A DNA stretch of 64,000 nucleotides from the NCBI RefSeq assembly GCF_009834535.1, contig NC_045696.1:75828001-75892000 (forward strand). The letters are read 5' to 3'. The notes beneath the pieces were generated by a model. The model saw only the letters and a list, made by a program, of their open reading frames with translations, ran no database searches and was not told the origin of the DNA. This document shows, in pieces, positions 40,644 to 53,399 of the stretch. The stretch is from Camelus ferus. Taxonomy: Eukaryota. The first letter of the stretch is position 1. Every line of letters starts with the position of its first letter. The translations under genes and the position numbers were made by a program.

Positions 40644-41210
40644 GCAGGAGAGGAAAAACTTGCTTTTCCTCTACCACCTTAGGTTCTCCAGCCAGGACTC
40701 TGTAAATTAGACTGGCAAAAGAAAGATTAATAAGAGAAGAACAGTTTTGTTAACATGTGCATCTTGTGGACACATGGGAGCATTTAGTGGTGAGTGACTC
40801 AAAGGGTGGATTAGAACTGGGGATTATATAGTATCTTAACGAAAAAATAATTTTAGAAAAGTGAGAAGACAAAGGAGAAAAACTCTGAGCATCTTGAGGT
40901 GGCAAATTGTGGGAAGACAAATATATTGGGAAGCTAGTGGTAGATAAGGGCTAGTTTTACCAAGGTCAGTTGTGTAGATTACTCTGGTGCTGTCTCTGGG
41001 CTGGTAAAAGTCTAGGGTTGTCTTCAGCGGTTAACTTCTGTCCTTTCTAGCAGAGAGGGGAGTGGAGACACCTTTAAAAATGTATGTCCTGCTTTTAGGC
41101 AAATGGAGGACAGATAGCTTTTTTGGTATCTGCTTCTTCTCAATTACTTTCAGCTCAATATAATCCTATACCAAAGTGGTATATTTTGGGTGATATTCTG
41201 CTACCCTTCA
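40644..41210 (-). mobile_element. ERV1-class solo LTR (MER34-like)
   Basis: The reverse strand starts tgaagggtagcagaatatcacccaaaatataccactttgg and ends ...tttttcctctcctgc. Confidence 0.75.
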
Positions 41211-44200
41211 CTTTTTCATGCTGCCTCTTAAAACGTACCCCAGGTACACTGGTTTCCCCTTAATTCCTCCTTGGCTTGCAAATCGACATTTGAAGGAAAT
41301 TCAATGGGTTTATTAGACTATTGCTACAGCAGTAATAGGTCACAGATTTTTAGCCTTGTGACAGCTCAAGTCAATGGCAGGCACAATACCATGAAACAGT
41401 TTCTCCAGTCTGTTAGAATAAAGGGCCTTGTTGAATGTAGGGGACCACAAGGGATCCCACAAAGATTTGGCCCAGCTTAGGATCAGTCTGCCAGACTCTG
41501 GAGCAGCAGAACGGATAGTTATGCCCTTCCTTCCTCTGCTTCTGCTGAGCAGACCAACTCTACCCGATTTCTGTCTACTAGCATGACAAAAATATTAACT
41601 TCAGGTTCCATTTCTGGCTAAATTCTCAGTCCTCAGTGTGTCAGCAGGAGGCTGGTACTGTGACGACTGATGTTCCGTACACATTTGGATTCTGATTAAT
41701 TCTTAACGTTTTCAAATTAGAAATATTATTAGAAATTTTAAATAATTTTATGTATTAGTAACTGAGCCCCTCAGTGAGTTGGCAGTTTTTAAGAATGAAG
41801 AAATGACAGATCTCTTAGACATCTGATTCCCAATTCAGATTAATCAATTCTCCTTAAGCACTGACTCATTTGTAAATATCACCCAAAGTGGAAACTGTTT
41901 TAATTAGGAGTTTGAAGTTCTAGAAAGGAGAGACACTTGAAAGAAATGAGCTCCAGCCAGGTTTTTGAACCTAAACCAATGAATTCACTGTGTAAAGCAC
42001 CTGGGAGAATAATTAACTGGCTTTAATCTTTCTTTTCAGGTTGCTGATACCTGAATACATCTTAAGTAGACATTTTTTTTTTTTAAATTTTTAAAATGTT
42101 CTCCTTTTAGAGTTCTTTAAAATAATAAAGCTATTCAGCTTTTATTTAAAGGGCCAGGGAACCTTTCAAAAGAGATAAAGCATAATTATGTTCTTTGTTT
42201 TTATCCCTGAGTAAAACAAATTGCCTAATTAATAAACTTTTTAGATCAAGGACATCAGAGTACTCAGTTGAGCTAATACAATATACTATAAAATATTTGT
42301 TCCCAACTATGATGTCAATTATCTGCAAAAAAAGCAACATTGATTTTGCATGTGATTTCTTCCACCCACATATTCAAAGTAAAAGTACACATATTTGCCA
42401 AAAGAATATAATCTGGTGAGAGAAGGTGGCCAGGTGGGAACAATCCTGCTGTTTCATTAAAGGCAGCTTGCACTAAAAAGGAAGGAGCCATTCTTCCAGA
42501 CCTCCTGGGACAAGTATATGGAGTCAAAATAATATTGTGAATGTTCTCTTCCCTTTATTCCCCACTACTGGGCTTAGATCCAGGCAAGAGGCTCTGCTTT
42601 GAGCCCCACACTTCAGGGAGCCCTGTGACAGCGAAGTACAACAGAAATGTACTGACACATGAGGCCACTACTGTAGCTAAGGCTGCTCAGGCCCCGGGGC
42701 GGTGCTCCTCAACATCTCTCCCCATGGCCTCAAAACAAAAGGCTGCTGCACCAGGAGAATTCCATGAGTGACTGCAGAGTGACTGCAGACAAAGGGGACA
42801 GACATTGCTTTGGACCAGGAAGTGTTGAGTGATGGCAGCACTGGGTAAAAGCAAAGACAAATTCATCCTTCCTCTCAGGGAGCATGAATGCACTAGATTC
42901 TTGCATAATGAAGAATCAGTTCCCAAGTAGTGCCAAATGTCTATTTCTTAGCCTCTTTCAGTGTTCCAAATCATGTTTCTGAAATTACTGATAAATCACT
43001 ATGGCATTTGCAACAGGTGCACACAGTGGCTGAAAAACATTTTGCTATATTAGACAATTTATGTTCTAATTTTGCATATGTGTATTCAGATACTGATTGT
43101 TTACCTTGGAAAACAGAATTGCAAATAGTTTCATTTTGATAAAAGTACTTTACAAGATTAAATTTTTTAATTAAATTCTAAAATTCAGTTGTTGACTTAA
43201 AATTCTAATACACATTGAATATGATTTATACTTTGACTTTAATTTAATAGAGATTTTAAATATTTTATTGAAAAGAATTATCTTTGAAATTTTCAATTTA
43301 TTGCATTTGCTTTAATTTACATTTTGAAGGAAATATATCACATTCCATATACTCTGAATGAAACTTTTATTATTTCCTAATCTTTCAGCTCAGTGTCAAC
43401 TAATACATCAAATCATGGTTGAAATACAAAATACTTGGGTCTGAGAAAAGGAAAATATTGTAAAGAAAAAATTTAAAACTCCAGAGAAACAATTTGTTGA
43501 ACTTTTAATAAACTGAATACAATGAAAATTAAGACTTCTCATAAATGAACCACATAACATTTTTGAGTAGGACATTACAAAATCTTTCTTATTTTAAAAA
43601 TTATGGATCAAAACAATGACAATGAGCAAAAAATTTTTCTCATCAAAAACTTGAATGGATCAAGCAATTTCGTCAATAAATGAAGATTTTAATTGTTGAT
43701 CAAAATAGTAGGAATAAAAAAAGAAGTACTCATCTCAAGTTTCCAACTCAGAAGCAACAAATGCAACCCTGGCCTGCCCAATAAAACAAACTACTTCTGT
43801 GGAATTAAAAAATTGTATAAAAATAAAAAACTTGGGAGCTTTATTATGTTTATTAGAAAATTATGATCACATCCTTACGACAATGGAACACGTTCTAGCA
43901 AAACACAGTTTGCTTCAAATCATTCATTATGATTTTCCATTGAAAGTGCACTGCAGAAAATTTTGTTTGAAACCACAATTTTTCACAAATGAACAAAGAG
44001 ACTATAAAAATTGACTTTTCTATTCTAACTTCAAAGACAAAGTAGCTATTGCTGTTACATGTTTCACAGCCAGTCTTCCGAGATCAGTTTTGAGCAGTGT
44101 AATGTTTGTGACTGAAAACATTGAGGTTCTTGATCACATGTACACCCCACAAAACATAAAACATCATTTGCACACACAGAAGTAAACATGCAATTACTGG

Positions 44201-44484
44201 TACCAAAACTATTTGAATAAATAGCAAACAATAGATAGTTTTAAAGACGAGTAAATGCTAATACAAAACACTGGAATAGTGCTTTGTAGCACACTTATTC
44301 TATGGCCTTATAAGCACAATATTACATAAGACAGCGAAACATTTCTAGCTTTTATAGAAATCATTTCAAACAGTGATACCAGAATGACCAAATACATAAA
44401 ACACTTTTTAAAATATTGTAATAAATATCACTACTTAGGATTGACTACTTGGAAAATACTATTAATTACGCCCTTGTCAGTCCC

Positions 44485-45960
44485 ATTTTTGCAAATATTT
44501 TCTCCCATTCTATAGGTTGTCTTTTTGTTTTGCTTATGGTTTCCTTTGCTGTGCAAAAGCTTGTAAGTTTAATTAGGTCCCATTATTTATTTTTGCTTTA
44601 TTTCTATTGCTTGGGTAGACTGCCCTAGGAGAACATTGCTGAGATTTATGTCTGATAATATTTTGCCTATGTTTTCTTCTAGGAGATTTATAGTGTCTTG
44701 TCTTATGTTTAAGTCTTTAAGCTATTTTGAGTTAATTTTTGTGTATGGTGTGAGAGAGTGTTCTAGTTTCACTGATTTACATGCAGCTGTCCAGTTTTCC
44801 CAACATCATTTGAAGGACTGAAGTGAACATTTATTCATATGTTTAAAAGTTATTTTTTATAGCTTTCTTAAGAATTGATAAAAGATCTTTTAAAATAGAG
44901 AACTGAAATATTCTGACTTTTTTCTGCCAAGTGTGATAAATATACTATCAAATCCTATATGATTTTTAACTCCATAAAATACATTTCATAGTTACTGTAA
45001 ATAGTGCAGTTATATAATTAAACTATTAATAGTGGCTTGATATTTTCTTATTGAATCATATATCTTAAAGATGTATATCTTAACTTTCATAATTTACAAA
45101 GCCTGTCATCGGGAAGAAAAAAAAATTAAACCAATTTTGTAATGCAATAGGCGTTAGCAAATTTTTTTTAATAATCCTAAAATTTATATGGAATTACAAA
45201 AGATCCAACTGACAAAGCATTACTGAAGAAAAAGAATGAAGCTTGAGGAATAACCCTCCTAGACTTCAGACAATACTATAGAGCTACAGAAATCAAATCA
45301 GCATAGTACTGGTACAAAAACAGACATATGGATCAATGGAACAGAATAGAGAGCCCAGATATAAACCCACAAATTTTTGGTCAATTAATCTTTGACAAAG
45401 GAGACAAGAACATACAATAAAGACAGTCTCTTCATAAAATGATGCTGGGAAAACTAGACAGCTACATGTAAATCAATGAAGTTAGAACACCCTCACACCA
45501 CAGTCTTGCGTACATGTATTTTCGTATTATTGGCAGTGTATCTTCAGGAAAAATTCCTGGAAGTGGGATCACGGGGTCAAACTGTAAACACATATGCAAT
45601 TACTTTAGATAATGCTACATGTCATCCCATAAGGGTTGTACCAATTTTATTTCTCACCAACAACATGTGAAAGTGCGTGTGTCCCCACAGCCCTGCAAAA
45701 GAGTATTGTTATTGTTTAATTTCTACCCATCTGACAGGTGAGAGGAGGCATCTTAGTGTAGTTTTAATATGCATATATACAAAATTGTTTTCACAGGCAT
45801 TGAAAAATAGGGGAAACATCCTAAATGCCCATCCGTAAGTGAGTTGTTGAATAAACTATGGTACATCCACATAATGGACATTCTTTTATTAAAAAAAAAA
45901 GGAGGAATATGTTTATGAACTAATATAAAGTGATTTTCAGATATTGTTAAGCACAGCATT
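44485..45960. mobile_element. Cluster of L1 fragments in alternating orientation (44485-44820 -, 45170-45500 +, 45500-45775 -, 45780-45960 +)
   Basis: Recognisable L1 ORF2 segments: gcaaatattttctcccattct; gatcaatggaacagaatagagagccc; ttctcaccaacaacatgtgaaagtg; ataaactatggtacatcc. Confidence 0.85.
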
Positions 45961-46214
45961 GTGTCAGGCAGATGTCTGTAGTTTAAAATTTTTTAAAAAT
46001 GTATTTGTTATGATTTCCCATTCTTAGTAAACACTCTTTTTAAAAACTGATTTTGTCTTCATAATTATGCTTTCTTTTTCTCAAACAAACAAGAAGTCTC
46101 AATTTCTATAAATTTCTGCTTACATAAAACCAGGATTTTCTTCAGACTTGTGGATTATGGTATGTAAATAAAGCATATATTTATTTAATTTTTCAGACAG
46201 GTTTTTTTATAATT

Positions 46215-46733
46215 CTTATTTTTTATTAAAGTGTAGTCAATTTACAATATTAGTTTCATGTATACAACAAAGTGAATCAGTAATACATATATACACATTT
46301 TTTTTTCAGATTCTTTTCCACTACAGCTCATTACAAGGAACTGAACGTAGTTCCCTGTGCTATACAGTAGGTCCTTGTTGTTTATCTATTTTATATATAG
46401 TAATGTGTATCTATTAATCCCAAACTCCTAATCAATCCCCCACCTTTCCTCCTGATAACCAGGTTTTTTTTTCCTATGTCTGTGAGTCTATTTCTGGTTT
46501 GTAAATAAAATTTGTACCTTTTTTTAAGATTCCACATATAAGCAACATCAAATGGTATTTGTTTTTCTATGTCTGACTTTCTTCATTTAATGATAATCTC
46601 TAGGTCCATCAATGTTGCTGCTAATGGCATTATTTCATTCTTTTTTATGGCTGAGTAATAGTCCATTGTGTGTGTGTGTGTGTGCGCGCGCATGTGTATC
46701 ACATCTTATCAATTCCTCTGTCGATGGACATTT
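46215..46733 (-). mobile_element. Young L1 3' end with an internal (TG)n, followed by a MER5A-like piece (46765-46925)
   Basis: ttccctgtgctatacagtaggtccttgttg...ttttttatggctgagtaatagtccattg...gatggacattt. Confidence 0.9.
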
Positions 46734-48640
46734 CTAAAACTACTTCAAAGCGTTTTTTCTAAAACAGCAATTCTCAAAATTACTTGAGCATCACAATCAG
46801 CTGTAGGCTTTTACAAAAACAGAGATTCCTGAGCAACACAGAAGTCTGGGTGCTGTTGAGGAATCTGTATTTTCCAAAAGCCCTGTAGCTGATTCTGAGC
46901 CTCACCCAAGTTTGGGAACCTCTGCTGAGAACATGTTTGCAAAATAAAGACAGCATAAAATTATTTTTTCTGTATTTTTTGTTTAGGAATTTGTGGTAAT
47001 TATCAATAATTTCTTAATCAGAGTTTACCTAATTGGTCAAAGGTGTCTTATCCTGAAATTGGGAGATTTTAAGGACAAAGTAAACAGTAGGGAAGAATTC
47101 TGCTTGTCTTATGCAGCAGTTAGCGGAATGATGGCTGGACTGGAAGCCAGTCCCCAGGAATTGATTCCTGCCTCTGATACATCCATGAAGTATGAGTCAG
47201 CGAGGCTGTTAATGTCAGAATCTGGTTTCTCTTTTGCAAAATGTGTACAGTTTGGTCTTTTTCACATAGTGCTGAGCTCAATGAAGATACACAATATAAA
47301 GTATTCTTATAAATGTATAAGTTTTATAGTTCTGTATATAATTCTTATGTGTCAAAAGCCTGTCTCTACTATATTTTTTAGAATTTTAATTCCATAGGTA
47401 AGCTGTACCATTTTGCTATATTAACATCTATATATCTACCTATCTCTTTCCATTATTCGTCTGCCCCTCCCCCCCATCTTCCCTGTGAATTAAAACAATG
47501 CATGAACTTTGGTTACTCGGGAATACTATGTTTGCCTGTATTAATGTCAGTGTCAACTCACAGAAGTTTTGAGGTGCGACTCATACACTGAACATCTGAA
47601 GCAGTGCAGAGATGACTCTCCTGGTGATGAACAAGATTTCCATACTTCTTTAAAAGACAGATGAACGATTATGTTCCATATGATCTAATATAAACATTTA
47701 CATCTGTTAAACATATATCTTTCATAAATTCTGGCAGAACCAAATACAATTCACAAACAGTTATATTATTATATAATTGCCTTATTTTCTGATGCATATT
47801 GTGTGTTATTATTTCAGAAAACACACCAAGTAAAATCATATTTATCTTAGATAAATACATCCTGTATATTTTCAATAAAGTGAGAGAAGTCACCACAATA
47901 ATTTAAAAACCACATATGGTTGAGAAAAATGCCAAAGGGGGGAAAATTAATTTTGACTTTGGTGGTATGTTTCCTGAGCTGGAACGGAATCCTGAATTGC
48001 TGGTGGCATTCACACCTCTTCATTACTGCCGTTAGCAATTCTTCATCTACTTCTGGAGTCTATAAGAGCTTAGTGTATCAGAGAGAAGCCAAATTCATAT
48101 GTAACTCCTGATACAGGGCTATGAAAATGACTCATTAATAAGCAACCTTCAGACCTCCATGATGAGCTGTGGAGTCCAAATCAATTCACTGAAGGCAGCT
48201 CTCCACTTTTTTTTCTTTTCACATTCTCTTATTTTGAATATATTCAAAGTAAAATCATGACTATTGTAATCCTACAGCATATTTCAAGCTTAGAACTTTG
48301 CGTTAATTTACTTATCATCCAATCATAGTCTATATTCTGGTTCTTTAGTCTATATTCTGTGGCTTTAGCACTGTTTTGATTGAGAGCAACTACAAGAAAT
48401 ACATTTTATGTCCTCACATAGCACACATACCACCCTCCCCTGCCAGAGACACACACAGATACAGAAACAAAATTTTTGAAATAATATAATATATTTACTT
48501 ATTATTACAATTTTTACTTGTTCTATTTTTTTCTATTCTATGTCTTTATAAAATACTGGTCACTCAATTAAATTGATTTAATGTTCCACCAATGTGCAGC
48601 TGGAGAAACTGCATCGTCAGTTCCTTCCAAAAGACTTGGA

Positions 48641-48739
48641 GTGCTCGGTTTGGCAACCACATACTAACATTGGAACAATCAGAGATTTGCACGACACCTG
48701 CACAAGGATGACACATGCATTGTAAATAATTCCACATTT
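48641..48739 (+). pseudogene. RNU6: Full-length diverged U6 snRNA retrocopy
   Basis: gtgctcggtttggcaaccacatactaacattggaacaatcagag...cctgcacaaggatgacac...ttccacattt aligns end to end with U6. An A-rich stretch follows. I recognised no PSE/TATA upstream. Confidence 0.92.
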
Positions 48740-48757
48740 AAAGAAAAATCTCTTGGG

Positions 48758-49185
48758 GAAGTGTTCAATCATGGATGAATGGATAAGCAAAATGTGATAT
48801 ATACAAACAATGGGATATTATTCAGCCTTTAACAGGAAGGAAATGCTGACACAGGCTACAACATGACTGAATCTGGGAAACATTATGCTAAGTGAAGTAA
48901 GCCAGTCACAAAGGAACAAATATTTTATGATTACACCTGTATAAAATAACTCATCAAATTCATAGACAGAAAAAGGAATGATTGTTGCCAGAGGAAGGAG
49001 GAATGAAGGGTTGTTATTTCACAGGACCTAGAATTTCAGTTTTGCAAGGTGCAAAGAGTTCTGGAGATGGATGATGCTAAAGGCTATGCGAAACATGAAT
49101 GTACTTAATGCCACTGAAATTTACACTGAGAAATGGTTAAAATGGTAAATTTTATGTATGTGTATTTTACCACAATTACAAAAAA
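48758..49185 (+). mobile_element. L1 (L1MA/MB-like) 3' end directly downstream of the U6 copy
   Basis: atggatgaatggataagcaaaatgtg...aatggttaaaatggtaaattttatg...tattttaccacaatt. Confidence 0.9.
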
Positions 49186-49614
49186 TATTATTGGAAAACA
49201 CAAATTTCATTGATATATTCTTCAGATTTATTGAGTCCAAAGTGGAGACCCTGAATCTGGAAATTTTCAAGAGCTACCCTGCTGAATTTGATGCAAAGAG
49301 GTTTGGAAATCACTGCTTTAGAACGTTAAGTACAACTTTCTCTCCCAACACCCGTATTCTTTTGCCATTTCTCTGAAAGAAACAAAAAGTATGGGGTGAA
49401 GTCCCTCAGATCTTAACTTTACCCTTGATCAGGAATCTTTTTTTAAGGTTAATAATTTTTCACGTGGGAAAATAGTTTTAGAGTACATAATTACAGATAC
49501 GGACATTGAGTACAGAGAGAGAAACTTCCAGAGGAGACAAAAAAGTAATATTAAAGCACACAGGTCCAGTGCTAGTTCTCCTCCGCATGTAGTCAAGTCT
49601 CCTCTCAAGCACCA

Positions 49615-49982
49615 CCTTGGTCCATTTGGGCTGCTATAACAAAATACCAGAGACAAGGGGCCCTTTTAAACAAAAGACCTTCACTTCTCACAGTTCTGGA
49701 GGCTGGAAAATGCAAGGTCGTGGCACCAGCAGATTTGATGTCTGGTGAGAACCTTCTTCCTAGACTGAATCTTCTTCTGTAATCTCACATGGCAGTAGGG
49801 GTGAGGGATCATTCTAGGGGTTTTTGTGGGTTTTTTTAATAAGGGCATTAATATCATTTATGAAGGTTCTGCCCTCATGACTTAATCACCTCCCAAAGGC
49901 ATCCCCTCCAAACACTATTATACTGGTCATTAGGATTTAACATATGAGTTTAGGGGAGACACAAACATTCAGACCCATAGCA
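49615..49982 (-). mobile_element. MaLR solo LTR (MLT1A-like)
   Basis: gtccatttgggctgctataacaaaatacc...ctcacagttctggaggctgg...cacaaacattcagacccatagca. Confidence 0.88.
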
Positions 49983-50049
49983 GCTATCTTTTTCTCTTTC
50001 GTATACCAACTCCTGTACAAGCATTAATTCATCTAACATGGCAATATTC

Positions 50050-50200
50050 CAATTAGGATTCATATTTTTATTTTATTCCTATTTTATTTTATTGATGAAG
50101 AAACAGAGGCTCAGAGAGGTTGACACCTTGCCTAATGTCAGACAGCTCCTACTTGGTGGGAACCATGCCTATCTGGCCCCCAAAACTTTAGTCCTTTCAA
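50050..50200 (-). mobile_element. MIR SINE fragment
   Basis: gatgaagaaacagaggctcagagaggttgacaccttgcctaatgtca. Confidence 0.75.
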
Positions 50201-53154
50201 CACTATCCTGCTTCTCTGCACAATTTTATTCCACTCTTCCAGCACAGTGGAGGGGACCTCATAACTGTCATTTTAAAAATAAGAAAAGAACCTCAGGGAA
50301 ATGACTTTATGAAGGTCACACAGGAAGCCTTTCACGTTTTGATTTGATTCTCACCTATAAAGTAGAGCAATTTCACTTCTGAGAAATACACTGAAGAAAC
50401 CAAATAAAATTGAATGTCATAAAAATAATGCAAAAAGGAGTAAAATCTTGATTAATAAGAAAGTGCCAGGCAGCTGTGGTTAATTGAAGGTTAACTAGAG
50501 GCTTCTTTTTGTTTTAACTTTTAGTGCTAAAAATTGTTTCAAAATAAGCTGAGCCACATCCTGACTTATGTAAGTTTAGTGTAATGAACACAATTAAATC
50601 TTTCTTTGAGTGTTTTCTTATTTTTTTTTCAACTTTTGTATGTCCTTGCAGATACATACACAGGAAATTGATTTGAATTTTTATGGAGGAAAAAAAATTT
50701 AAGGTGGCTCTTTTGACCAAGTCTTTAATAGGTCTCTTTCTTTAAAATAAAGTGCCAAAACAGTTCCAGGTCTGATTTGGTTGTTTTTGTTTTATTTTTT
50801 TGGTTTTGGTCATTTCGTTTGTTTGTTTGTTTTTTGTTTTTTTGAGGTTGATTCACGGAGGTTGGTCTGTAGAAGACAATTATACAATGAATAATACTTT
50901 ATGCTCTTCTCCTTGCAAATGGAATTTTAGGCTGGAGAATTACCACTTTTTCCTGCCTATATAGGGTATTCTCGTATATTAATTTCTATAGATTGTTCAG
51001 AGGTTACAAAAATCGAAGACTTTCTCATGTACTAGGAAAAACATAAAAGTACAGTTTGCTCACAAAAACCAGTAAAATCCCACTCTGAACAACGGACCTC
51101 AATCTCCCTTTGCCCAGACTGACATCCATTAACCTTCCTTTTATGCACTTTTACTATTTTCATTGACAGACATTTACTGAAACAGAGGGATGAATAATCT
51201 GACATGAGGATAAGTGAAGACGTAATCAAAGAGACGCAGACCAGAAGCGGCTACTACAAGTGCTCTGGGCGTCTGTATTGGATGGTCAACACCATAGACT
51301 TTATGGGTTAGCAAATAAGTTTAGAAAGATTTCATTGTTGAAATTAGTGATTTTCAAAATAGATACTAAAATACTTTAGAAATACTTACTCTGTCACAAG
51401 ACTATAGTTTTAAAACCTAACCAAACATTTACCTTTAAGAAAGGCGCCCCACGTCTGTTTCCTACAGAGGCCTCTGTCTAAACACTAGTTGCCCGAGCCT
51501 GACCGGGCAGCCCGCTGAGTCCTGCTGCTGCAACACTGCACTTGCCTGGCGTGAATCTTTCATCCTAGGTGTGGTCTTAGCACTGTAAAGGAGAACATAA
51601 AGCTGAGATGTGGCAGAGTTTACAGGGCTGTTTTGTGTGTGCTGGCTAATACATGACTGTGTTTGTAGAAGAATTCCACTTTTAATTACTTAGAAAGCTT
51701 GCTTCTGTTACTTAGAAAGATGGTACAAGAGTGGTGTCTAATGCTCTTCTACTTACAAGTATTATGGCTATTGATTCCCATGCAAAGAAGCCTCAATGTG
51801 TGTATATCCAGATTGGTTTAAGTCAGTTTATAGCAAAACACATCAAAATAAAGCTTGAGTGAGCATTCCTAAGGATACTCAGCAATGGACAGACTAAATG
51901 ATCAATAAATCCCTTCCACTTTAGAGACACAGAACTCTTCATATGAGCCTATATTCAGAACATTCCTAGAAAAGGAATCACTCCTCTGGAACATTTTGAT
52001 GATTAAAAATGACTTTGCCAAGAAGAATTTGCTCACACCTATATTCTTGGATTGATGGTTCTTTTACAGAAGTTGTTTTGCTATAACAGAAGCAAATCTT
52101 AATTGAGAAGATAGAAATTGTGGTGATGACAAAGTTCCAGCATTCCACACGGAAGGGGTTGTAAGTAGGCAGTCACCTGAAGGGGCAGTGACAGAGTCTG
52201 GCTACCCAAGAAGAAGCTGAAGGCTTTCCCAGCCAGTGCGAAAAGTAACCTGAAGTTCTGATGTATAAAATCTTCTTAGAAAAGAAGTAGGACTGCCCTC
52301 TTTTTCCCTCTACGTAGCCCCTCAGCCTTCCTGCTGCACTTCAAGATCTTTGCTTTCAGGCTGAGCTGAACGTTTACTTGAACCTCTCATTACAATATTT
52401 AGAAATTGTGGAGAAGATGCCAAATGATTTAGCAGGGAAATCCACAACCAGGTACCTAATTCAAGCTGGTTTGGCAGACACGCGATTCAAACTACTAACA
52501 TACTGCTTGGAGAGTCAAGTGCCCTCCGTGTCTAGTTACAAAGAGTTAACAAATCCGTGTAAAGCCCAAAGCTTACATTTTTCTTCAGAAAATCTGGCTT
52601 CATATTTGTGAGTGTTATTTATGTTATTAAGAGGGCTAAATGTCACTTATATTTATCACCACATTTGTGGAGCTGGGTATCAGATATCTTAATCTTCAAA
52701 GCTGTTATATTTTGTGGTTGGAGACATATTCTACCAAACCACCCCTTTCCCTCACATTTGCCAAGGTGACAGAGAGAGAGTTGCCTAACCTGATGAAATT
52801 TCATTTCCCAAGTTCCTCTAAGTGAGTCCGAGTCAGCATCTATCTTTCCTGCGCTTTCTTCCATCTGTTCCCTTTTTGCACTTGCCTAATTTATCATTTG
52901 ACTGATACTCTGGCTATCTACCATATTGGTCAAAGGAGAAAGAAAACACTAAATCTTTACATTTTTAATAAAATAGATTTAAGGAACTGCAAACTTCACG
53001 TCTTTCCTACCCCACAGCCCGTGCAAGGGCACAGAGGCTTCCTCCAGTGACCACTAGCCAGTTGCTCCATAGCTTCTGCTAAAACATTAAATAAAGGAGG
53101 AGTACAAGCTTGAGGAGGAGGCTAGGGAAGTAGTGAAAACATCGTTTTAAAAGT

Positions 53155-53290
53155 CTGTTATGTTATGCAGTAACCTATAATGAAAAAGAATATGAAAACA
53201 AATATATGTATGTATATGTATGACTGAAACATTACGCTGTGCATCGCAAACTGACACATTGTAACCTGACTATACTTCAATAGAAAAAAA
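53155..53290 (+). mobile_element. Short young L1 3' tail
   Basis: gtaacctataatgaaaaagaatatgaaaac...gactgaaacattacgctgt...gactatacttcaat followed by an A tail. Confidence 0.85.
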
Positions 53291-53399
53291 GTTAGTTGTA
53301 CACCTCTCATTGTACTGGCATTAGCTGAAAGCTTACTTTTCCTTGAAGATGTTGAAAGATGAAAAACAGTGTTCCACCCCTAACCTTAAGAAAAGCCAT

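Noticed and set aside
46993..47397. 134-aa ORF
   Set aside because: It has a GTG start, overlaps a decayed MIR and shows no recognisable protein similarity.
48641..48739. Functional U6 snRNA gene
   Set aside because: It has many substitutions and deletions, including around the ACAGAGA box and the AGC triad. I recognised no upstream Pol III promoter.
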